From Tubiluchus corallicola (Eukaryota; Animalia; Priapulida), in assembly GCA_030141605.1 (NCBI GenBank), contig JAQGDQ010000574.1:62001-126000 (forward strand): DNA of 64,000 nt. The letters are read 5' to 3'. The notes below the pieces were generated by a model. The model did no database searches, was not told the DNA's origin, and saw nothing but the letters and a program-made list of their open reading frames with translations. Below, piece after piece: positions 14,037 through 25,600 of this stretch (position 1 is its first letter; each line of letters opens with the position of its first letter). Position numbers and translations under genes: made by a program.

Positions 14037-14397
14037 AATAAGCCTATTCAAAGTTTTCACTGATTGATGATGATCGTGAAAAGGTCAAAGGTTAAGTGTA
14101 GCAGATAACGCATTTGTGTACACTTGACAATGCCTTGCAGCCCATGCTGTTGTAATAGTAACAGTTTTAACAGCTAGCTAGAACCTTACCTAGTTCATTT
14201 TTTCTTGTTCCCAAGCAAGATCCTGCTAGTAAATCACTCTACTCACATACTAATGCATAATTAAGTAAAACAACTGAAGTTACTTAGCTAATGAAGCAAA
14301 CAGCTTTGCTTTACACAAATGTCACATCACGATTATTTAAGACGCGTTGGTACACTTAACCTTTAATGTACACAACGAAACCGTGAAAAGGCTTATT
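14037..14397. mobile_element. Abundant ~400-bp MITE family A, copy
   Basis: TIR AATAAGCCTTTTCACAG-like; core CCTAGTTCATTTTTTCTTGTTCCCAAGCAAGATCCTGCTAGTAAATCA; about 10 copies in the window. Confidence 0.8.
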
Positions 14398-15206
14398 GTT
14401 ATACCTTCTTTGATAAATACCTAAAATTATTTATACTGACATGCTGAAAACTTTAGATAGCTTAGAGAGAAAAACTGACTAAGTTTAATACAGTCGTGTA
14501 ACCTGACTACAGATGTGATTACTTTTTACATATAATTTACGAGAGTAAATCAGTTTTGTTATATTTCTAATCTGGCAGGCTTCTTGATAGGCATGAATTA
14601 AATTTGCTAAATATTTAGCTCAGCAAACATGGCCGTAATTTTTCACAATCTTTCTTTAACATGATATGTAATTTTTTTCGGCACATTGCAGTCAAGAATC
14701 CAGCACTCAAAGGCTCAGCCTATCAAAAAAAGATGTTCGTGTGGCGAGACCGGAATCTGTCTCAGTATCAAGAATGCAACTGCTAAAATAAGATGCTAAA
14801 TTACAGAGGTGTCTCTGCCACGTTGTGATATACACGTAAAAACGGTCAAAGCTCACGAGCGATGTCGACCCTAGGGCAGCCCGGTCTCACGGCCACTCGC
14901 ATCCCAACCAACGATTCACATTTCAACCTTTTTCACCTTGTCACTAATGGCTGGAATGTTTATTATTGTTGTTTGTTTGTTTTATATTTTTCTTTTTCTT
15001 TTTTGCTTTATTTTGATCATTTCATTTAAGTAGTAAACTAAAGTTGCAGTCAGTGCCGTCAATTTTTCTCTTATTACAATATTAATTTATAAGGGGTGAT
15101 TGACTAGATGACCTTTGGTCTTTCCTCAGCCAATGTCCACAGGTAAAGCCAAGTTTTTTCGTAAAATGGAATTTCTGACAGGTTATTGGAGAAAATAAAC
15201 ATCTAT

Positions 15207-15370
15207 GACTTGTTGTTGGCATCCTTCTGTCTCGGAATACAATGGAGTGTGCGCCAAGAGAGTCCGTTATTGAATTGATGGAGCTGCAGCGTCGACTTTG
15301 GCTGAGCAGTCCGATCCTTGAACAGCAGTTAGACAGCCATAACTCGTAACCGCTGCCTCCCGTGCTGTTT
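15207..15370 (-). mobile_element. 3' fragment of an RTE-like LINE
   Basis: Minus strand encodes CCSRIGLLSQSRRCS, resembling RTE ORF C-termini, then CACTCCATTGTATTCCGAGACAGAAGGATGCCAACAACA. The tail is near-identical to the SINE tail at about 22530-22645. Confidence 0.65.
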
Positions 15371-16633
15371 CTGTCACTGTCACTTTCATTTAACGTCGTT
15401 TCACTTAACGCCGGATTTTCCAGGAACGCTTTAGAGTGTTAAGCGAGGCCTTACTGTGTTGGCTGCTTAAATCACTGCTGTCCTGATGGACTTAATATCT
15501 CCTTAAAAAGGTTTGAATTTGGTGCTCTAACAACATTCTCCTGTAAACTTTTCCACCAAACAATGAGAAAAAAACGGCTCTTGCAATCAGTTTTTACGCA
15601 TGGCTTGAACAGTTTCTTAGAATAACCAAGGTTGAATTGTAGAGAGATGCAGCTTTAAATAGTTTCTCACAAGAGACACGATTATCTACCTTTCAGATAC
15701 TTATGTACCTCATATAAATTAGCTGTTTCTCTTCGTTGTTAGAAAGTATATTTTTGTACACCAGTCAGCTGCATAACATAAATGTAGACAACTGCCTTAA
15801 ACTTTTTACATAATTACACACTTTACATGATTTGTTGTATTTGCACTATAAATATTATATTAGAGATAAATAAACCTTTTGAAATGAATTGAATTTTTGC
15901 AATTGCTTGATATCAGACTGAAACGACGGAGATCAAACTACAGTTGAATACTCCGGTATGGTCGTATGTATACCTTATACAGAGTTAACGCTTGTTTCAG
16001 CTAATAGCAAAACATCGCTAGATCAAACCAATATAATTCTATTTGTCTTCTGACATATTTGAGTTATATGAACAGGAAGTTTAAGGTCGTGAGAAAATAT
16101 CACACCCTAGATCATTAAGTTCTGACACACATGTTAATAAATGAATTGTAACATTAATTCGCACTGTGCACTTGTCAGCGTTAGACAGCAACAGCCATTA
16201 ATTTTATTAGGCCAAGTGTAGACATAGACATTTTAATATCCGCTTTTAAAGCAAAATACAAGCAGTTTCCGTGTACCAAATAAAATAAAGCAAAATAAAG
16301 AAAACAAAATTTCTGTGGTGTCGTCTGCACATGTACTATGAGAAAAAATAACCAAAACGATTTTACACCTTTTTGTGATAAGCAATACAGACTGCACGCC
16401 GAAAAGCAGTCCACAAGGGAGCAGCCATGATTTCTTTTTACAGGTGCATTATGGGATATGGTTGAGAAAATAGCAATTAAATGAACGAAAGTAGTAAACG
16501 TGTTTCCTGAAATGTTACAAAGTATTACAAGTATTTACATGTTACTTATTTTAGAGTAGTTCGATAAGCAAGAGTTTCATAATTTTAACTTCTATTATTA
16601 TTTTGTTGTCATAGTGACAGTTTGTGTACAAAT

Positions 16634-19600
16634 ATGGCGGTAATATACTCTGATGCTTTTCGTTGGCCTTAACTTTTCAAATTAATTTTATTATGTCATT
16701 TTGACATACATTCATGTAATATTGTTCATTTCTATCTTAGTATTAAAAATAAATATTTTTTGTAACATGTACTATTTTTCCAGGGTAAAGGCAATACCGT
16801 CAAAGAAGCTTTGGCAAAATGGGTAAACTTAATTATGACACTTTGTTAATGTTGCATTGTTATTAATAATTATTACTTTTTATATTAAACTTCCTTTGAT
16901 AATTTGATTTCTTTGATAGAATTTAACCTTCATAATATTATGCTCTGTGTTCCACGTTTTGCTGACTAGCTGGTGCATAAATTATAAATTTTTAATATCA
17001 TACTTTGGTTTTTATATATTAAATGGTTGTGAATTTTTGGCAGGAAAAGGAAAAAGAGATGAAAGCTTCGGAAGCTGAAGAAATAAAATTATTAGCAGTT
17101 TTGCCTCCGATTGAGAAAATGGATGCATCGGTGTCAACCTTGGCAAACTGCAGGTTGTTACATTTATTCTGATGACGTTTTTTATGTTTCTGTCTTTGTA
17201 GCGTTTATGTAAACATTTGTTTGAAATGTGTTTTACAAACTACGAAAATGTGCTTTTTAATTTTGCTAAACACTGTCAGGCTGTTTGTCTGTAACGTCCT
17301 ATACAAGACCTATTCGTTTGATGATTCACTTAGTGCATAAATTTTTGAATCTACTTCCTGCAATCAAGACCCATCCCATCAGACGTCTTCTTTCTGCTCA
17401 CTAAGTGATTTTTAATTAGTTCGGTAATTAGCTGCATGCAGCAAAGTTAATTGTAGTACACAAAGTCATTTTATACTACGTCTTACATAGGTTTATAAAA
17501 ACATTTTTGTATGAGGATAGCTAATGCAAGTGCATTACAGTAGAGGGTAAGATTTTCTGTAAATTACATGGCTGCAGAGTGTGTGGAGTCGATACATTAA
17601 ACTCCCGACTCCGGCTTCGACTCCTTTAGTAATTGCTGACTCTGACTCCACAGCCGTGCTAAATTGCGCATAGACACATTAAGAACGCGTCCGCGAGAAG
17701 ACCATGCAAAATCGAAAAATTCCGGCACAAGGCTAGGTAACCGATTCGGACCAAAGTTCGGGTATGAGGTCCACTAGTCACTAGCATTCACTATGTGAAT
17801 CCGTTTGGTCCAACTCCTCATGGTAGCAAAGGTACAGCATAGGCCGATTTTCATGAAAAAAGTACCTATTTTTCTCTATTTTTTGCCTATATTTGAAGGA
17901 TTAGCCATGCAGCAACCACTGAGTTTGAATAGATCTGACTCGGCATAGTATTGTATCTTGTTATCTTCTCCAAAATGACTTTTTTACTTTTGTCCCAAAC
18001 CTCCCTCTTTCGGCTCTACTGTGGGTCTTTAAGCTCACATTACGCAGAAGATGCAAATACTCAGTCATTTTAAAGTCTTATATCTCACCCACTGCGGGAG
18101 CGGGAACAAAAATATCGATATGTATGTGAATAGAGCATCCCATCCCACTAGGCTGCAGTGGCAATTTCGATGGAGCGAATTTCCATCCTATTGTAAATGA
18201 CACCTGAAGGAGGCATATATCAGGGTGAAAATATGGGTAACAACGTTCAACAAAAAGCTTCGTGTAGGTAAACATGAGTTGTCAAATCTTGTCAAAATAC
18301 TTCAAAACGTCATAAATATTCATTTTCGGCAACTAGGGGACTGGCCAGCACATTGGTTAAACTACCGACAGGATTGGACGCCATCATTCAAGATGGCGGC
18401 CACTGCTGAACTAAAATGTTCGTTTTCTGGGCTGTTTACCAGCGTTAAATGCGGTATTGTGGCTCGTTATCCGCACGAAACGAATATTGTGAATCTATTA
18501 GTCTGCACTAAAGACACTAGACCACATTTAGAGCGCTTCCATCTTCAAACAAATGAAATATCTACGGAATGGAAATTGCTTCTTGCAAGGACTGGAAAAT
18601 GTTTTATGTACTGTTTATTTTCTATGCTTTGTAAATGTTATGTACAAGTTATTACCTAGTTATTATTCATTGTCTTACATAGGCGTAAGCCAGGACACAA
18701 AGATAATTGCCCTAAATCTGAGCGAATGCCCAAAAAATATGGGACAGACTTCCCCCAAAATATCATGTGTCCGGTGATTTTTTGACTGTAAAACATCGAA
18801 AATTTTTGTGCCTTTAGCGCAATCATTCAATCGCACTATTTGTATTTTTTGTCCGAAGTATCGATTTTGTGCCACAAATAAATTTTGGGCGAAGAAAAAT
18901 TTTCTGAGCTAACTATCACCGCCATCCCCCTAGAAGCGGCCCATACGCTTATATTGTCTCATGTTTAGACTGTAAGATTTTCGCTTCATCACTTTCCCCA
19001 TGATATATTTGTCTATATTTCTGTATCTATCTTCTAGGAATAATCTACCTGCATCGATAATTCTTTCTCTATTATTTAGATATTATGGTTTTGATTACTT
19101 GTACTACTCTTCAGTGTTAGTGTTACTTGTACTACTCTTCATTTTTGTACTGATATTCATAATCTTCTATGTATAGCCATGAAGCTTATTCATATAAAAA
19201 GTATAAAAATGAACGGATGTATAAAAATTAATGGATTTCTATTTTATATGTATATACCGAATGTTGTCAGATTCTTTCGCTAGCAATGACTCTCAATCTT
19301 AACAATCGGTACTTCTTTTCTATTAGAGGGCTTATTGTTTAGTCTTTCCTGGTATCCATTAGCGATTCGGTGTGTAGAGAATGCCCTGAATCAGGGTCGG
19401 ACTCGGTACTAGGGGCATGCATGATGTCCTGTCCTGAAATCCATCAGAAGAGGCAATTATTCATATTTGTACTCATATGAAAATTCGGACATAACTAAAC
19501 CAATTTAAGATGAAATTCGCAAATTTCTAGCAATTTCCATGGCAAAGGAATCTATTGCTACTAAGAATGGAGAGCACTAGTCACAGAAAATGCAGGTTAA

Positions 19601-22600
19601 ACGTGGATATATGTTTACTGTCATTTACGACCTGAGCCAAGTATGTCGACTTTTTACACATGGACGGAATTACTATGGAAAGTAAAAAAGTGGATATGGC
19701 AGTTTTTTCTAACAGTGCCCCTCTATATAATGTCATTCATGATATTGTCTCAGCTCGTGCGTTTTCATGAAATTTAGAATACAGATTTGTCACTTATAAT
19801 CCAGCATATAGATAGAAAAAATATTGAAAAAATAAAAAAGGCGAATTTTGCAGATTTTTGTGAAATTTTAAAGTGCCATTACTAAATACTGAAACAGGCT
19901 CCAGCGAATTTTCTTTTTTATATTATTAGTTAGGATGATGGTTAACACATACATGAAAACCAGAAGTTGTGTAGCCCCGCAGTGGGCGAGTTATGAGCCT
20001 TACAACTTAACCTCTCCCTGACTCTTAACAAAGAGCCGAATTTGAAAAATCCCGTTCTCTGATACTACTAATAGTATGTCAGAAAAAGTTAGGATATCAG
20101 AAGACAATGTCTGGGTCTATGTACCAGCCAACTTACATTGACCCATCTATAATAGTTTATACAGGAGAAAAAGTTAAAATAACCTCCCAAAATAGCGATT
20201 TTTTTGCCTCTTTTGAGGTCAATTTCTTGATGTGGTCAGTTCTCTGCCAATAGTAGCTCGATCGATGTGATATCTTGGTTACATGGTTTTGGGGGGTCGC
20301 CCTTCATGTTAGAAAAAAATGATATAAATTCGTCACCCCTCATGTGCCACCCCCTGCATGGTGCTCTCGCGGACTCGTTCTTAATGATTTTGATTTATTA
20401 GTAGAAAAATCATTATAGGAAGTTATGTTTGTATACCGTATTTCTTAACTTAAATATGGTTTATGAATAGAAAAACAACTATAGGAAGTTATGTTTGTAT
20501 AATCTATTTCTCAACTTAAATATATGGGAGAAATTAGGTAAAAAGTCTGTTTTTATTTTTCTATAGGAAATTGTCACTTTCAACAAACTGCATTGAAAAG
20601 ATAGCAAATCTTAATGGATTAAGTAAGTGTGGAAGAAATATTGTTGTTAATAATTAGCACATTGTTGTGGTGATCCAGTAAATAGTAGATAGAAAATTGT
20701 AGAATATTCTTTTGTATAGTAGAACAATCTTCTTACCTTGTAGAATGTTCTATAGTATAGTAGAACAATCTTCTTACCTTGTAGAAGTTTCGAGAACTTT
20801 CTATTTCTAGATTATTCCTTTGCACTGACATATAAGGCGGAGCTGGCCGCTCGAGTTTATTCTCTCACATTCTCTTGTATTCTCAGATACGCTTTCACGT
20901 TTCCACGTTTCCAGATTATCACATTTACTGCAATCATTTCGCGTTCCTTCATACTTTTGTGTTGTAGAATTCTTGCTTAATAAACTAGTTTAATTTGACG
21001 ACATGTTTTCTGGTTTTCTCTACGAGCCTTCCGAGAGAAACAAAACACAACACATATTTTTAAAAAATGTTAATTGCAACTTACAATTGTTATTGGTTTA
21101 AAAGTTGTTTGAAGAGAGCTTTTGCGACATTCAGTTTTGTGGATTTAGTGCTCATTATAATCATCACAAGAGCTTCTTATTTCCAAACAAAATCTTTCTT
21201 TCCATTTTCGAAGTAGCTAATGAGTTTTGGGGCATCAATATATCACTGCAGTGCTTATTAAGATACTTATCTGATTCACCATTTATGATGTTTATTAAAG
21301 AAAATAATAATTCTGAGCAGTTGTGTCTCATGTATAGGTACTGTGGAACTGCAGCATCCCCTATTTTCACTCAATATTATCGATAATATTCAATGTGATA
21401 AGTCTTTTTTCTTTAGTTCTTTCTTTATACTTAAACCAGAGCATGTGAGTGTAGCACTGTTTGCTTCACAGCACGCTTTAGCAATGCCACGTGACATGTG
21501 GGTAGAGCAAAGCCATCTGCCACATTAGTTCAGTAACTTTCAGCACTTTACTAAATTATGCATTAGTTTGTGCATAGAGTGATTTACTATCTTGCTTGGG
21601 AGCAAGAAAAAATGAACTAAGTAAGGTTCTAGCTAACTGTTAAGACTGTTAATATTACAGCAGCTTGGACTGCCAGGCATCATCAATTGTACACAAATGT
21701 ATTGTACATTTAACATCTGACCTTTTCACAATAATCATCAATCGCTGGAACTATGAAAAGACTTATTTTGCAACAGAAACGTCAAAACAAAATAGACAAA
21801 TTAACGTTGAATAACCCTGCAAGCGTTTATTAACCATTGTGGTTTTTGAAATTCATAACCATTTTGACTTTTTCAGAAAACTTAAAAGTTTTGTCTTTGG
21901 GAAGAAATAATATTAAAAGTTTTACTGGTTTGGTAAGTTATTATTTCTTAGCTAAACAAATTCAAGTTAAACTGTACATTTACGATAGCAACTATTTGAA
22001 CTGTACATGCACTAGTTTCGATAGCAACTTATTGAAGTATTCTCTTTTGTGTTGCTTGCGGTTTGTTATTAAATTCATAACATTAACATAACTATCACTA
22101 CAGCCAAATCACGTCGAAAACACCGATTCTCGTACGATCACCGAAGTTAAGCAACGTCAAGCCTGGTTAGTGCTTGGATGGGTGACCGCAAGGAATACCT
22201 GGTGCTGTAGTCTTGCGGAATGCCCACACTGTATCTCGACACTAGGCGGAAGAGCTGTACAAGCAGCCAACGGCTAGAGGGCGGAGGCGGTCAAGTGACC
22301 CAACGGTCATGTGTAGAGGAGTAAACCTTCCAAATCAGGAGTGGAGCCCCGAAGGCAGACCAGTGCAGCATGCTCACTGACTCCGGCAGCTCCTGCAGCC
22401 AACCTGGTGACAAACGTATCACTCCGTTTTCCTTTGGACTACACCAGCGAGGAAGAGAGAGGGTTCCTGCGGTCTGGGCAACTCAGGATCTCCATACACC
22501 TTGCCCAGGCGTGCGCCCTGGGGACGTTGAAGGATCGCACTGCTCAGCCACAGTCGACGCAGCAGCTCCATCAATGTGATCAATAATTGACTCTCTTGGC

Positions 22601-25600
22601 GCACACTCCATTGTCTTCCGAGACAGAAGGATGCCAACAACAACAACATAACTATCTAAACTTAGTTTATTGATAGCAGCCTTCGTGGACATTAATGATA
22701 AATCATTAATCTAGTAATTAACTCCTTCAGGACCACACCCAAAATAGTCTTATAAGACCTATGACTTTTCTGCTACCTTATGAGTACAGACATAACTAAA
22801 TGATTACAAATTAGGTACTGTTCTATTCAGGAGAATATTGGCTATCCAATCATGCTATTTATTTAAGCATTTATAAGTGATTTAATTGGACAAAACACGC
22901 CATTCTCAGGCACTCGTACTTAGTCTATTGAGTAGCTCAGTCTGGTGTACACTTGTGTGATTGTACACGCTATTTTACAGATCGCCTGCTTGCTAGCCCC
23001 ACAGAGCTGTCTGCTGTACAGAGTTCCAGGAAAAACCAACCGATCAACCAAGGATAAATCAAGGTCGTATCCAATTCCAACAGGAATTTCTGCTTAAAAA
23101 TACAATAGACTTGAGGCCAAAGTATATCAGAGTGTTATGCCCGGACAGTTGAAATTTTCTGCATAAGCCGATTTCGTACAAGTGATACTGTACATTGAGT
23201 TCCCAAATACAAATATTTGCTTGGAATTCGTGTAATACTTATTAAAACATTGGATTTCTGATGACTAGGTTTAACCAAATGACTAATGCATTACTAAGAT
23301 GCACTTTGCTGTTTCTTATCACTTTCTTCTATCTCATCCCAAACGATTCTTAAATACAAATCAATTCTCTCAATTTGCGTCTTGACCCATATTCCTTCCG
23401 CCTGATTTGCTGCATGTGTTTTTAGCATAGCATGGTACTTTTCAAGATCTGGTTCCATTAGACCTTTGTTTGATGGTATGGCGTCAATATCTAATTTGTT
23501 GGCTATAGCACGTGCTGCGTCTTCTGCCAATTTTAACAATGGAATGCCACTCATTTCTTTATGTTTTAGATCTTCTAAGATATTGACATCATTTAGCAGC
23601 GGGTGAAACATTGTGCCTTCTCGGCAACAGTGCCCAATGTACTGGAATATAGAGACAGCATGAGCTTTCAAGTTTTCTGTGCCCCAGTCATCTTTAGTGG
23701 TCACCACTTCGTGCAAGAAGGCCACTTTTAACATGTAAGAGTCAATGACCTTATCTGGTTGATACTTTATTGCTCTGTATAATTCTGGCAAGTTGACATC
23801 TGCCCTGACCAAAATGTTGTGGAATGTTGAAGCAACATGACTGGGATATAAATGTATTTCTTTGTTGCAAGAATACAGGACAGGCTTTACTAGCACCTTT
23901 ATGAGGATAAACACCATCTTACGGTTGTTGTCTAAGTTCTTTATAAATCCACATTCAGCAACAGCAAATGTGGGTTCAACTTTTGTTGATACGCAATTAT
24001 TAATTTTTGATTCGACTGGTTTGAGCACGTAGTGATAACTGTTGACATCCTCTGGCCATTTATCATTGGCATTCTTTGGTACTCCCACTTTTTCAAAACA
24101 TGGTGTCACATCTACAGAGACTTGTGCTATTTTTTTGTTTGGCAACAGAACACATAATTTCAAACATGTACAGACTTTATTCCATTCCACTACATGTGGA
24201 AAGCTGTTTGGCACAATTTTTTCTTTAAATTCCTCTTCTCGCAATGCTGCTGGCACGGCTTCGCACAAGTATTGGGAAAACGTCTCCTTTAATTTTCCAT
24301 CAGACAATGAATGATGCTTGATGAAATAATCTGCTGTGAAATCTCTGTGCAGTTGTACCACAGCAAAAAAATCAAACTCATCTGGCTGGCCAATCTTTAC
24401 TCCACAAGCTGAACTGCCAACCAGTATGGGCATAAATCTTATGTGATGATTTTCGTAAACAATTCTGCTAGCAGCACCTAACAATTCCATTATATTTTTT
24501 CTAATATCATCAAATTCTTCCACATTGGAAATTTTTCCTAATCCAGGCTCAGAAACCAAGTCCTTTAGAGGCAATCCACAAATGTTTTTTGACACTGTTT
24601 CATCATCCCCTGTGACAGAAACTTCTGACACTGTTTCATCACCCTCTGTGACAGAAAGCTTTGAAGACACTTCTTGCCACATTTGAAAGTACTGATAAGA
24701 AAGAAAAAGTCCTGCAATTTGTTTATAATTTCTGTTCAGTGCCTTTGCGTAAGCTCGTCCGATGCAAATATCATAAGCTGTTTTATGAAAGTCATTTAAC
24801 ATTTTGGTCTGAACTCCTACATCAATGAGATATTTAACAACGTCTACACTTTCAGCTGATGTGTGAGCATCTTGACAAGCCAGATGAATTAGACTTCCTC
24901 CATTGTAAAGTTTATTTACTATCTGTTTCACTACTTTGGGTGAATACCTCTCTTGCATATTTTCATATATTAGTTTAAGAACATCCAGTCTACCTCTCAC
25001 ACATGCCATGGAAAGTGGGGTCCAACCATCATCATTTTCTGCCAGAATGTCAGAGCCCGCAAACATCAGAAGAGCTGCACAATGAACATGTCTTTGCGTT
25101 GCTGCCGCATGCAGAGCGGTATAACCTGTTCTGTTTAGGTAGAAGACATTTGCACCTTTGAGAAGCAGATAAACAAGGATTTCAAAGTGCCCATGAATTG
25201 CTGCAGCATGGAGAGGCGGAGGACCATCAACTGAAATGTAAGGATGTTCATCAATTTTGGCGCCATATTTAATTAACAGCTTCACTATTTCAGTGTGGCC
25301 TAGCGATGATGCATGCTGTATAGGTCGTATTTTATACGTTTCTGGGAATGTATCAACTTCTGCTCCATAAGCCAACAGCATTTCACAAATTTCTGTATGT
25401 CCTTTTTGAATTGCTAATATTAAAGGTGAATGTCTACTGCTTCTAGAATGACAGTTTATTTCAGCACCCCGTTCTATGAGTTGCTGTGCAAGAAAAGTAT
25501 GTCCCAAAGAACATGCAGTTTCAAGGGGGGTTACTTCCATATGAACTGGACCTGAAAATTTTATAGTGATTCGTGATAGACTTTCTATTTCTGCTCCTCT

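Noticed and set aside
22096-22214. Functional 5S rRNA gene
   Set aside because: It has several substitutions and no oligo-T terminator, and continues into a SINE body bounded by a TSD
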